Shown here: positions 7,823-17,086 of the stretch, in pieces
Numbering within the stretch: the first letter of the stretch is position 1
How the letters are laid out: each line of letters begins with the position of its first letter
Assembly: GCA_050015075.1 (NCBI GenBank)
Contig: JBEKCB010000020.1
Location: forward strand, 1-64,000
Source of the DNA: Candidatus Brocadiia bacterium
Lineage (GTDB): Bacteria; Planctomycetota; Brocadiia; CAIUPP01
DNA length: 64,000 nucleotides
Direction of reading: 5' to 3'
Notes under the pieces: generated by a model
The model's input: the letters and a program-made list of their open reading frames with translations, nothing else
What the model was told of the DNA's origin: nothing
Database searches by the model: none
Made by a program: the position numbers and the translations under genes

Positions 7823-9682
7823 TCACGCCTCCGGGAACATCATCGCGTTGGTGAATTCCTGCTGGAAGTCGGCGCGGCCGGCGAGTTCGAGGTACTCGGT
7901 GCAATCGGAGATGCGGTTGGCCTCTTCCTTGCAGCGGCGCGATTGCAGCGCCATGCGCGCGCCGGCCCCGGCGGCGTTGCCGATGTAGAGGATGCGCTCG
8001 GTCGGCACGTCCGGCAGCAGGCCGATGCGCCGCGCCATGTTGCGCCGGATGAAGTTCCCGAACGCGCCGGCGAGCAGCACGTGGCCGAGGTCCTTCGGCT
8101 CGAGGCCGAACTCCTTGAGCAGGATGGCCGCCCCGGCGGCGATGGCGCCCTTGGCCAGTTGCAGCTCGCGGATGTCGCGCTGCGTCAGGCTGAGCGCGCC
8201 GCCGGTGCTGGTCTCTTCCTTCCGGGCGATGATGAATTCGAGCGCGGTCTCGCCCTGGACGACGCGCCGCCGGATCGGATCGGGGACGGACGCGGGCATT
8301 TCGTCGGGCGGCAGGAGCCGTCCGGTCGCCTCGACCGCGCCGACGCGGAGCAGCTCGGCGACGACGTCAATCACGGCGGTGCCGCAGAGACCGCGCGGCG
8401 GCAGGTTGCCGATGACGTTGTACTGCACGTCGTGATTGATGACGAACTTGTCAATGGCCCCGTCGGCGGCGCGCATGCCGAAACGGATGCGCGCGCCCTC
8501 GAACGCGGGGCCGGCGGCGGTCGAGCAACTGACCAGCCGGTCCTTGTTGCCGATGACCAGCTCGCCGTTCGTGCCGATGTCAATCGCCAGGACGCGCTCG
8601 TCGGCGCTGTGCATCCCGGCAGCGAGGATCACGCCGACCGTGTCGGAGCCGACGAACCCGGCGATGTTCGGCAGAGCATGCACCACGCCGTGCGGATGGA
8701 TGCGGAGGCCGACGTCGCGGCCGAGGACGTTGACCGAGCGGCGGAACCCGGCGACGTACGGCGCCTGGGCGATGAATTCCGGGTCCACGCCGAGAAAGAG
8801 GTGGCTCATCGTGGTGTTGCCGACGACGGTGGCTTCGTAGAGGTGCTCGCAGCCGACGCCGGAGGTGTTGCAGCATTCGGCGATGATGTCGTTGAGGCAG
8901 CCGACGATCTTTTCCTGCAGCTCGCGCAGGCCGTCCGGGTGGGTCGCGGCGTGGCGGATGCGGCTGACGACGTCGTCGCCGAACGGGATTTGCGGGTTCG
9001 TGCGCGCCGCGACGGCCAGTTCCCGGCCGTTGACCAGGTCCATCAGGAACCCGACGACCGTCGTGGTGCCGATGTCGAACGCGACCCCGTAGTTGCGAGC
9101 GGTCGTGTCGCCCGGTTCGAGCGCGACGAGCCGCCCTTCGGCGGAGACCGCCGTCACGTTGAAATCCCTGCTCCGGATGACCGACGGCAGGGTGCGCAGC
9201 GCGCTGAGGTCGAGTTCCACTTTCGCCCGGCCGAGCGCGTCGAGCAGGCGGTCCGCGTCCGCGCGCTGATCGTTCAGCGCCGGCGGCGGCAGCGTCACGT
9301 GCTGCTTGGTGACCGTCGGGTGGAGCGCCACCGCCCGGCCGCGCCCGTCGGTCAGGATCTTGTGCTCGAAGAAGCGCATCGAGATCGGCACGTGGACGCA
9401 CAGTTCCCGCGTCACGTGCACCGAGCAGGCCAGGCGCGTGCCGCGCTCGAGCTCGGCCTTCGTGAGCATGCGCCGGTCCGCGTCGGACGGCTCGGGGGCG
9501 TTGCGGGCGATCTCCACGCGGCACTTGCCGCAGACGCCCTGGCCTCCGCAGGGCGTCTCCAGGACGATGCCGGCCTTGCCCGCCGCCTCGATCAGCAGCG
9601 TTCCGGGCAGGACGAACACGGTCCGGCCTTCGGGCTCGAACGTCAGGCGGATCGGATCTCTGGCCGAGGCGGGCATGGTCAT
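7823..9682 (-). CDS. RACo/DUF4445 ASKHA-family reductive activator of corrinoid proteins with an N-terminal [2Fe-2S] domain
   Basis: Contains CGGQGVCGKC...RLAC, DIGTTT, GFVGSD, DIGTNGE, AGPAFEG, GLCGT, DIRELQLAKGAI and AGAFG. Start placed at ATG 9682. Confidence 0.9.
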   Translation of the reverse strand: MTMPASARDPIRLTFEPEGRTVFVLPGTLLIEAAGKAGIVLETPCGGQGVCGKCRVEIARNAPEPSDADRRMLTKAELERGTRLACSVHVTRELCVHVPISMRFFEHKILTDGRGRAVALHPTVTKQHVTLPPPALNDQRADADRLLDALGRAKVELDLSALRTLPSVIRSRDFNVTAVSAEGRLVALEPGDTTARNYGVAFDIGTTTVVGFLMDLVNGRELAVAARTNPQIPFGDDVVSRIRHAATHPDGLRELQEKIVGCLNDIIAECCNTSGVGCEHLYEATVVGNTTMSHLFLGVDPEFIAQAPYVAGFRRSVNVLGRDVGLRIHPHGVVHALPNIAGFVGSDTVGVILAAGMHSADERVLAIDIGTNGELVIGNKDRLVSCSTAAGPAFEGARIRFGMRAADGAIDKFVINHDVQYNVIGNLPPRGLCGTAVIDVVAELLRVGAVEATGRLLPPDEMPASVPDPIRRRVVQGETALEFIIARKEETSTGGALSLTQRDIRELQLAKGAIAAGAAILLKEFGLEPKDLGHVLLAGAFGNFIRRNMARRIGLLPDVPTERILYIGNAAGAGARMALQSRRCKEEANRISDCTEYLELAGRADFQQEFTNAMMFPEA

Positions 9683-9686
9683 CCGG

Positions 9687-9875
9687 CTACTGCTGGACTT
9701 TGATCGCGTCCACGGGACAAGCCTCGAGGCAGGTCTTGCACTTCGTGCATTTTTCCTGATCAATGACGGCCTTGTCGCCGCTCATCGAAATGGCTTCGAC
9801 CGGGCACTCAGGCACGCACGTCTCACAACCCACGCACTCATCGGCGTCAACTTTGATGATTTCCTTCTCGCCCAT
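9687..9875 (-). CDS. 2x[4Fe-4S] ferredoxin
   Basis: Two CxxCxxCxxxCP motifs (CVGCETCVPECP and CTKCKTCLEACP). Confidence 0.92.
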   Translation of the reverse strand: MGEKEIIKVDADECVGCETCVPECPVEAISMSGDKAVIDQEKCTKCKTCLEACPVDAIKVQQ

Positions 9876-10036
9876 GATTCTTCCTTCTTCCAATGGGGTT
9901 CGGCGGTCCCGGACAATCGGAGACCTGATCCTTCTATTTTTACATGAAGTGGGGGTCTAACACAAGTCTTGGCAATGAGCGGCGGATTGGGGTATGATTC
10001 AGGCGCCGTGCGAGCGGTTTTCCGCAGGAGTGGGCC

Positions 10037-11104
10037 GTGCCGCAGGAAGTGGACGAATTGCTGAAGGTCCTCGACAGGTCCCGCCGGCTGCTGGTGGTGA
10101 TCCACGACAACCCGGACCCCGACGCGCTCGCCGGCGCGTGCGCCTTGCAGCGGCTGGCCGAGGAGAAAGCCGGGATCCGCTGCCGCATCTGCTGCGAGCC
10201 GATCGCCGGGCGCGCCGAGAACCGCGCGCTCATCCGCGAACTGCGGCTGAAACTGCGGCCGGTCTCGCGCGTGAACTGGAGCCAATGGCCGCTGGTCGCG
10301 CTGCTCGATACGCAGCCGGGCGCAGGCAATAACTCGTTCCCGCCGCGGCGCGTGCCGGACATCGTGATTGATCACCATCCGCTGCGGCCGAAGACCAAGG
10401 CGCGGTTCCTGGACGTGCGGACCGACTACGGCGCCTGCACGACCATCCTCGCCGAGTACCTGAGCGCCGCATCGGTCACTCCGCCGGCGGACCTGGCCGC
10501 CGCGATGTGCTACGCGATTTCCTCAGAGACGCAGGACCTCGTCCGCCCGACCGTCGAGGCGGACACGCGCGCCTACGTGCAGCTCTATCCGCTCGCGGAC
10601 AAGCGCATGCTCGGCCGCATCCTGCATCCGCGGCTGATGCACAGCTATTTCGCCACGCTCGCGCGCGCGGTGCTGTGCGCCTTCACGTACGGGAACATCA
10701 TCGGTTGCCACCTGGGCGAGATTCCGCACCCGGACTCGGTCAGCCTGGTCGCCGACCTGCTGCTGCGGCACGAGCGGATGGGCTGGTCTATCGTCACGGG
10801 CGCCTGGCAGGGCGATCTCTACGTCTCGCTGAGGGCGATGCCCGACCGAGCGCACGCGGGCGTCGTGCTGGCGCGCATCCTGCGGAAGATCGGGCGCGCG
10901 GGCGGCCACGGGACGATGGCCGCCGGCCGGGTTCCGCTGAAAAGCACGGAACCGGGCGAGCGAGAGCGTCTCGAAAAGGAGATCGTCCTCCACCTCATCC
11001 GCGCCCTTCATCACCGGACCGAGGTCACGCTGCGGCCGCTGATGAGCCCCGAAGAACTCGGCGACGCGCGCGACCGGGAAACGGCCTCGGAGGCGCGTTC
11101 ATAG
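10037..11104 (+). CDS. DHH/DHHA1 family phosphoesterase (NrnA-like)
   Basis: Contains HDNPDPDALAG, DT, IDHH and AGGH..MAAG motifs. Confidence 0.88.
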   Translation: MPQEVDELLKVLDRSRRLLVVIHDNPDPDALAGACALQRLAEEKAGIRCRICCEPIAGRAENRALIRELRLKLRPVSRVNWSQWPLVALLDTQPGAGNNSFPPRRVPDIVIDHHPLRPKTKARFLDVRTDYGACTTILAEYLSAASVTPPADLAAAMCYAISSETQDLVRPTVEADTRAYVQLYPLADKRMLGRILHPRLMHSYFATLARAVLCAFTYGNIIGCHLGEIPHPDSVSLVADLLLRHERMGWSIVTGAWQGDLYVSLRAMPDRAHAGVVLARILRKIGRAGGHGTMAAGRVPLKSTEPGERERLEKEIVLHLIRALHHRTEVTLRPLMSPEELGDARDRETASEARS

Positions 11105-11137
11105 CGTAGTGCTTCAGTCAGACGCCACAATGTCGAA

Positions 11138-11217
11138 GTCATGCTGAGCAAAGCGAAGCATCTCACACGCGTGACTGGAGTTATGCGTATGAGACCCTTC
11201 GCTGCGCTCAGGGTGAC
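11138..11217. repeat. REP-like doublet (GTCATGCTGAG...GCGAAGCATCTC / GAGA.CCTTCG...CTCAGGGTGAC)
   Basis: Inverted pair; related copies occur at about 23473-23588, 30790-30888 and 41303-41388. Confidence 0.75.
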
Positions 11218-11275
11218 GACCTTGCGCATGTCGAATTCTCAAAGCATTTCAAGCGGCCGCTCGGTGGCGGCGCGG

Positions 11276-11304
11276 TTGCAAACGCGCGCCGGGCTGCGTA
11301 TGAT
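11276..11304 (+). promoter_or_regulatory. Sigma70-type promoter for the epimerase gene
   Basis: TTGCAA-17 bp-TATGAT. Confidence 0.6.
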
Positions 11305-11361
11305 CCTGAGCGGCTTTTCTCCGCGCTCCTGCGCGATCATCGTTTTCGGACGGAGGACTCG

Positions 11362-12339
11362 ATGCGGCACCTGATCACCGGCGGCGCGGGATTCATCGGC
11401 TCGCATCTTTGCGAGCAGCTCATTGCAGCGGGCGACGACGTGCTCGTGCTCGACGACCTGAGCACCGGGCGCTATGAGAACGTCGCCGCGCTCGAGGGCG
11501 GCGGACGCTTCCGCTTCATCCTCGGCAGCGTCAACAACGCCGACCTGGTGACCGAATGCGCGCGCCAGTGCGACGCGGTCATGCACCTGGCCTCCGCCGT
11601 CGGCGTGCGGCTGATCATTGACCAGCCGGTCCGCACGATCGAGACGATCGTCTCCGGCACGGACACGGTCCTGCGCGTCTGCGCGCGGTACCGCAAGCCC
11701 GTGCTCATCACCTCGACCTCCGAGGTCTACGGCAAGAGCGAGAAACTGCCGTTCCGCGAGGAGGACGACCGCGTCATGGGGCCGACGACGCAGCGGCGCT
11801 GGAGCTACGCGTGCGCGAAGGCGCTCGACGAGTTCCTGGCGCTGGCGCACTGGTACGAGTACCGGCTGCCGGTGGTGATCGCGCGCCTGTTCAACACCGT
11901 GGGGCCGCGGCAGACCGGGCAATACGGCATGGTCGTCCCGCGGTTCGTGCGGCAGGGGCTGAGCGGCGAGCCGATCACCGTGTACGGCGACGGGAAGCAG
12001 ACGCGCTGCTTCGCGCACGTCCTCGACGTGGTCGAGGCGCTGCCGAAGCTCGTGCAGCTTACGGAGGCGCGCGGGCAGATCTACAACATCGGCAGCACCG
12101 AGGAAGTCACCATGCTCGAACTGGCGCAGCGCGTGAAAGCCGCCACCGGCGGGCGCTCGGAGATCAAGCTGATCCCGTACGAGGAAGCGTACGTCGAGGG
12201 GTTCGAGGACATGCGTCGCCGAGTGCCGGACCTGGGGAAAATCCACAAAGCCATCGGCTATCGCCCGAAACGCGGCTTGGATCAGATCCTGAAAGACGTC
12301 ATCGCCGAGCTGCAACTCAAGCAGATGGCCACGGATTAA
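11362..12339 (+). CDS. NAD-dependent nucleotide-sugar epimerase/dehydratase (extended SDR)
   Basis: Contains TGGAGFIG, STSEVYG, YACAK (YxxxK), RLFNTVGPRQ and GDGKQTR. Confidence 0.92.
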   Translation: MRHLITGGAGFIGSHLCEQLIAAGDDVLVLDDLSTGRYENVAALEGGGRFRFILGSVNNADLVTECARQCDAVMHLASAVGVRLIIDQPVRTIETIVSGTDTVLRVCARYRKPVLITSTSEVYGKSEKLPFREEDDRVMGPTTQRRWSYACAKALDEFLALAHWYEYRLPVVIARLFNTVGPRQTGQYGMVVPRFVRQGLSGEPITVYGDGKQTRCFAHVLDVVEALPKLVQLTEARGQIYNIGSTEEVTMLELAQRVKAATGGRSEIKLIPYEEAYVEGFEDMRRRVPDLGKIHKAIGYRPKRGLDQILKDVIAELQLKQMATD

Positions 12340-12545
12340 TAAAAGAAACGACGGCAACAACGACATCTTTGCCACGGATTACACGGATTACCGGCAGACG
12401 GCGGACAAGACAAGAAAGTAGTACGGTGGCAACGACATCTTCGCCACGGATTTCACGGATGGCCACGGATTAGCGAAAGAAACGACGGCAACAACGACAT
12501 CTTTGCCACGGATTTCACGGATTGCACGGATTACCGGCGGACAAG
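12324..12545 (+). repeat. Left CACGGAT repeat array flanking the GxxExxY gene
   Basis: Multiple (C)CACGGAT(T) units inside a tandemly duplicated block (12324-12395 and 12458-12538). Confidence 0.85.
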
Positions 12546-12585
12546 AGACAACGGAATTAAGATGTAGGCGCAACTGTACAGGCGG

Positions 12586-12951
12586 TCATCGATCGAGGAT
12601 TTTGCGCTTGTGCTCAACGGAGTGACCGAAGTTGAGCAAGAGGCCGACTTCCACGCGCGTGGCCCGCAAGTAACAAACAATCTGCGCGTGGTGAGCTTCT
12701 GCCAGACGTGAAACCGATTTCACCTCTACCAGCACCTTGTCTTCGACAAGCAGGTCGCAGACGTACTCGCCGACTACCGCATCGTGATACCTTACGGTCA
12801 AGGGCTTCTGCTGCTCAACTTTCAGACCGATTTTTCGCAATTCGATGGCCAGGGCGTTCTCGTAAACCTTTTCCGTAAACCCGAAGCCGAAATAAGCGTG
12901 AACCTTGAATGCCGCGCCAATGATCTGGCTGGTGATCTCCCCGTGCTTCAT
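12586..12951 (-). CDS. GxxExxY protein (PD-(D/E)XK-fold, PDDEXK_3-like)
   Basis: IIGAAFKVH..FGFGFTEKVYENAL (GxxExxY), followed by DLLVEDKVLVEVK, QIVCYL and GLLLNFG. Start placed at MKHGEIT. Confidence 0.92.
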   Translation of the reverse strand: MKHGEITSQIIGAAFKVHAYFGFGFTEKVYENALAIELRKIGLKVEQQKPLTVRYHDAVVGEYVCDLLVEDKVLVEVKSVSRLAEAHHAQIVCYLRATRVEVGLLLNFGHSVEHKRKILDR

Positions 12952-12967
12952 CGCCACCTGATCATCT

Positions 12968-13148
12968 CTTTCGTTAATCCGGCCATTCGTGAAATCCGTG
13001 GCAAGAATTTCGTTGCCGCCGTACAACTTACTTGCCTTGTCCGCGGTTGCCGGTAATCCGTGTAATCCGTGAAATCCGTGGCAAAATCGTTTCTTCTGTT
13101 AGCCCGTGGCCACCCGTGAAATCCGTGGCAAAGCTGTCGTCGTTGTCG
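12968..13148 (-). repeat. Right ATCCGTG repeat array (inverse of the left array)
   Basis: Contains TAATCCGTGTAATCCGTGAAATCCGTGGC and similar units. Its reverse complement aligns by eye with 12371-12480. Confidence 0.85.
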
Positions 13149-13847
13149 TCAATCGAAGAACCGGAACCTGAAGATGTGCCATAGCGCGCTGAAGCCGTCG
13201 CGCCAGGTGATTTTTTTGCCCTGGGCGTAGTCGCGGCCGCTGTAGGAAATCGGGGTTTCGTAAATCCGCACCTTCATCCGCGCCAGCTTCGCGGTCATCT
13301 CCGGTTCCACGGAGAAGCGGTTGCTCTTGATCTGCAGGCTCCGCGCCAAGTCGCCGCGGAACACCTTGTAGCCGGTCTCCATGTCGGAGAGGTCCAAGTT
13401 CGTCATCATGTTGCTCAGCGTCGTCAGCATCGCGTTCCCCACGCGATGCCAGAAGAACATCACGCGGTGCGGCCCGCCGAGGAAGCGCGAACCGAACACC
13501 GCGTCGGCGCGCCCATCCAGGATCGGCTGCAGGAGCGTCGGGTAATCCGCCGGGCTGTACTCCAGGTCGGCATCCTGGATGAGGACGATATCGCCCTTCG
13601 TCTGGGCGAAGCCGGTCCGCAGCGCCGCGCCTTTGCCCTGGTTGCGCTCGTGGTGGAAAACGCGCACCTCGTCGCTCCGGAGCTGGTCCACCACCTCGCG
13701 CGTCCCGTCGGTCGAGGCGTCGTCCACGATGACGATTTCCTTGCGGTACGGCGTGGCCTGGACCAGCCGGACGACCTGGGCGAGGAAGTCCTTCTCGTTG
13801 TAGACGGGAATGACGACCGAGAGTAACGGCTCGGGATTTTTTGTCAT
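13149..13847 (-). CDS. GT2 glycosyltransferase (polyprenol-phosphate glycosyltransferase / DPM1-like)
   Basis: Contains [33 protein letters not shown] and DMETGYK. Confidence 0.9.
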   Translation of the reverse strand: MTKNPEPLLSVVIPVYNEKDFLAQVVRLVQATPYRKEIVIVDDASTDGTREVVDQLRSDEVRVFHHERNQGKGAALRTGFAQTKGDIVLIQDADLEYSPADYPTLLQPILDGRADAVFGSRFLGGPHRVMFFWHRVGNAMLTTLSNMMTNLDLSDMETGYKVFRGDLARSLQIKSNRFSVEPEMTAKLARMKVRIYETPISYSGRDYAQGKKITWRDGFSALWHIFRFRFFD

Positions 13848-13911
13848 GCGGATCTCCGATAACTCTTCAGCGAAGCCGATTGCAGAAGCTCGAAGGCAGG
13901 TGTTCTTTCGT

Positions 13912-14163
13912 TCATTTTGCCGCTTCACTAGGTGAATTGCGCTGGTTCTGCTTTGATTCGAGAGTATTCAGGCGCCTGCTCATGGTCACTAAGAGAGCCG
14001 CGCAAATAGTGCCCATACTTCCCGTCATACAGTAAAGGACCGGCAACATGCCCCTTCCAGGAGCCTCGTGTGTGATAATAACGCCTAACGCCGCACCAAC
14101 GCCGAGAATGACCATGCCGAATGACATGACGTACAGACTCAATACTAAAGGATTACGTTTCAT
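13912..14163 (-). CDS. Small two-TM hypothetical membrane protein
   Basis: Two hydrophobic stretches in a lower-GC patch; start uncertain. Confidence 0.5.
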   Translation of the reverse strand: MKRNPLVLSLYVMSFGMVILGVGAALGVIITHEAPGRGMLPVLYCMTGSMGTICAALLVTMSRRLNTLESKQNQRNSPSEAAK

Positions 14164-14297
14164 GGTCAAGTCCCTTTCAACATTCGACGATACGAAATCG
14201 CAGTCTTCTATTTCGAGTCGGCTCAAGGAGCACCGTGAGTATATACCGGACCTCGCGCCGCGTTCAATCTTCGGGCGCGCATTGCCGGACAGTTTTC

Positions 14298-14819
14298 CTA
14301 TTCCGAGTCGTACTGGATCAGCGAGTAGACGTCGTATTTTTTCAACTTCTCCGCCCCCTTGAGGAACGTGAGGTCTATCAGGAATCCGCAGCCGACGACT
14401 TTGCCGCCGGCCTGCTCGATCAGGCGCGCGGCGGCTTCAGCGGTGCCGCCGGTGGCGACCAGGTCGTCAATCAACAGGACGCGCTGCCCGCGCGCCACCG
14501 CGTCGGCGTGCATCTCGATGCAATCGGTCCCATACTCGAGCGCATACTCCGCGCGGATCGTCTTCGCCGGCAGCTTGCCTTTCTTGCGGACCGGCGCGAA
14601 GCCGACGCCGAGCTTCAGCGCCACCGCCGCGCCGATGATGAAGCCGCGCGACTCGATCCCGAGCACGATCTCGGGCCGCTTCGCCCGGAATCGCTCCGCC
14701 AGGCGCGTCGCCGCCTCATCCAGCGCCGCGCCGTCCTGGACGAGCGTCGTGATGTCGCGGAACATGATCCCCTTTTTCGGGAAGTCCGGCACGGTGCGAA
14801 TCATCGCTTTCAAGTCCAT
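14298..14819 (-). CDS. apt: Adenine phosphoribosyltransferase
   Basis: Contains PDFPKKGIMFRDIT, GIESRGF, RKKGKLP, YALEYG and LIDDLVATGGT (PRPP motif). Confidence 0.96.
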   Translation of the reverse strand: MDLKAMIRTVPDFPKKGIMFRDITTLVQDGAALDEAATRLAERFRAKRPEIVLGIESRGFIIGAAVALKLGVGFAPVRKKGKLPAKTIRAEYALEYGTDCIEMHADAVARGQRVLLIDDLVATGGTAEAAARLIEQAGGKVVGCGFLIDLTFLKGAEKLKKYDVYSLIQYDSE

Positions 14820-14919
14820 CGCCGTTTCCTCCAAATCATTGCGCGAAACCCGCCCTGATCATGCGCCGGCGGTCCGACTCGGCATTCTACACTCCTGAGA
14901 CGGCGCTGAAAATAGTGCC

Positions 14920-14948
14920 TTGCACTTCGTCGGACGGACAAGTATAGT
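14920..14948 (+). promoter_or_regulatory. Sigma70-type promoter
   Basis: TTGCAC-17 bp-TATAGT upstream of 14997. Confidence 0.65.
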
Positions 14949-14996
14949 CTGAAAGCCGGGGTTTTTCCTGCCCTGATTAATCGCGGGAGACGGTTT

Positions 14997-16991
14997 GTGG
15001 ATCACGGAGAACGGCGAAATCCAAATGCTGGACTTCGGGTGTTGAACGCCGCCGCGGCATTGCTCCTGGCGGGGATCTTTTTCGCGGCGTCCGCGCGGGG
15101 CCAGGCCGAACCGCCGGCCGCGCCGGCCGCAAGCACGACCGGCCAGCCCGAGGTGAAGCCGGCGGCCAAGCCGGCCGTCACCGTCGAGGAGGCCGCGGCG
15201 CTGATCGCCATCGTCCGCAGCCACGCGATGAAGGAGGCGATGCCGGCGGAAGTCCCCGCGAGTCTCCGCGCTCCTTCGCAGGCTCCGCTCATCGTCACGC
15301 TCTACTCCGCCGGCCGGCCGGTGGTGCGCACGGTCATCGGGCCGAGCCTGAACGATGCGGCTGAGACGGCCGGCGACCAGTTGGGGCTCTTCCTCTCCAG
15401 GAAGTCGGATGAAATCTCCTCGCGCTGGGGCGTGGTGGAATTGGACGTGGTGGTCGAGCGGAGAGTGCTCGCCGAGCGCGACCGGCGCAGGTTCATCGTT
15501 TCCTTCGATCCGGGGATTCAGGGGCTGGCGTATACGGCGGGCGGGAAGACGGACTATTTCACGCCGATCGCGCTCTTCCGGAACTGGGGAACTCTCGGAG
15601 CGGCCAGGTCCGCCGACATGGTGAAGGCCGCCTACATTGCGCAGGAGTCCAGGGAGCCGCCGCTGCCCGAAGAGGTGGAGCAGATTCTGACCCTCGGCTT
15701 CGTGGAAAAATGGCCCGGCGGCCCGGTCTTTCCGCTCTATCGCGGCAACGTGCTGCTGCCGCCGCCGACCGCGCAGGAGATCGAGGGGGCGATGCTCCGC
15801 ACCGGGCGATGGTTCCTGCAGACGCAGCAGCCGGACGGCTCGTTCCTGCCGAATTATTACCCGGCGGATGAGGGATCGGAGCCGACCTACGGCGTGACGG
15901 ACCATCTGCGCGCGACGGTGGCGCTCGCCCTGCTGTATCATCACACCCAGGACCAGCGTTTCGCCGCCGCCTGCGACCGCGCGATGGAATACTGCTACGC
16001 TCCCCAGTTCGCCAACGAGGACCGCCAGGGGCGGTTCTGGCTGTCGGTGAACGCGACCGACCGCGCCGGGCGGACGGTCGAAGAGCCGAGCGAGCAGACG
16101 GACCTGCAACACGGGATCATCCAACGCGGCAATCGCCTGGCCAGGGAAGAGATTTCGCCTTCGGCGCTGCTGCTGACGGCGCTCTGCTACCGGGCGCTGG
16201 ACGACGCGACGCCGACGGCGGACGGCCGGATGAAGAGCCTGGGCCTGTACCTGTGCGGAAGGGTCGCGCCGGACGGAAGGCTGTACGCCTCATCCGCCGG
16301 CGCGGACGAGAAGAGCGGGCCGTTCAGCGCCAACGGCGTAACGTATGCGGAGGTGCTGACGGCGCTGGACCTGCTGCAACGGGTGTCGCCCACGAAGGAG
16401 CGGCGCGAGGCGGCCGCGCTCATCGCGGACCTGCTGGCGAGTTTTCCGCCGGACGTGCGGGTCCTGACGGACGATATCGCGATGGGGCGCGTGGCCGCAG
16501 CGCTGGCGGCGCACTACAAAGTGTCGCGCAGCGAAAGACACGCGAAGGCGGTCCTCAAGATCGCGGACGTGCTGATGAGCCGGCAGGTCACCGCCGAGAA
16601 AGCGCGGTTCGCCGATTACGTCGGCGGATTCGCGGAAGGAGGGATAATACCGCCGGACATGCAGGCCGCAGCCGCGGGCACTTGCGGCCTGGCCGCCGCT
16701 TACGAGGCCGCCAGCATGCTGCAGCGGCCGGTGGCGCAGTACCCGGCGCCGGTCCGCAGCGCGGCGCTCTTCCTGCTGAACATGCAGTACCGGCCTGAGA
16801 ATGCGTTCTACCTTGTCCAGAGAGACCTGCTTCTCGGCGCGTTCCGCAGGAGCCCCGATGACCTCGGGCTGCACCTGGGCGCCACGGCCGAGAGCGTCCA
16901 GGCGCTCATGGCCGCGTTTGCGGTCGTTGCGGAGAATACGGCCCCGGAGAAAGGCCCGGAAAAACCGCCGGAAAAGCAGGCGCCTCATTGA
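14997..16991 (+). CDS. Secreted protein with an AMMECR1-like N-terminal part and an (alpha/alpha)-toroid C-terminal part
   Basis: Signal-peptide-like N-terminus and a Pro/Ala linker, then FDPGIQGL, WFLQTQQPDGSF..Y, FLLNMQY and GAFRRSP. The domain call is by resemblance only. Confidence 0.55.
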   Translation: MDHGERRNPNAGLRVLNAAAALLLAGIFFAASARGQAEPPAAPAASTTGQPEVKPAAKPAVTVEEAAALIAIVRSHAMKEAMPAEVPASLRAPSQAPLIVTLYSAGRPVVRTVIGPSLNDAAETAGDQLGLFLSRKSDEISSRWGVVELDVVVERRVLAERDRRRFIVSFDPGIQGLAYTAGGKTDYFTPIALFRNWGTLGAARSADMVKAAYIAQESREPPLPEEVEQILTLGFVEKWPGGPVFPLYRGNVLLPPPTAQEIEGAMLRTGRWFLQTQQPDGSFLPNYYPADEGSEPTYGVTDHLRATVALALLYHHTQDQRFAAACDRAMEYCYAPQFANEDRQGRFWLSVNATDRAGRTVEEPSEQTDLQHGIIQRGNRLAREEISPSALLLTALCYRALDDATPTADGRMKSLGLYLCGRVAPDGRLYASSAGADEKSGPFSANGVTYAEVLTALDLLQRVSPTKERREAAALIADLLASFPPDVRVLTDDIAMGRVAAALAAHYKVSRSERHAKAVLKIADVLMSRQVTAEKARFADYVGGFAEGGIIPPDMQAAAAGTCGLAAAYEAASMLQRPVAQYPAPVRSAALFLLNMQYRPENAFYLVQRDLLLGAFRRSPDDLGLHLGATAESVQALMAAFAVVAENTAPEKGPEKPPEKQAPH

Positions 16992-17016
16992 CATACAGGT
17001 GCCCGTCGGGTAGTAT
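16988..17016 (+). promoter_or_regulatory. Sigma70-type promoter of the sigma-factor gene
   Basis: TTGACA-17 bp-TAGTAT, with a GGAGG Shine-Dalgarno before ATG 17087. Confidence 0.7.
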
Positions 17017-17086
17017 TAAGTTGCCGGTCAATGTGTGCGGCAGGGCGTCGAAGGCGCGGCAGGCGCTCCAGTTCGGAGGCGCCGGG

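Noticed and set aside
12324-12545. Possible CRISPR array
   Set aside because: The units are 7-10 bp and irregularly spaced, the linkers are themselves repeated, and there are no cas genes.
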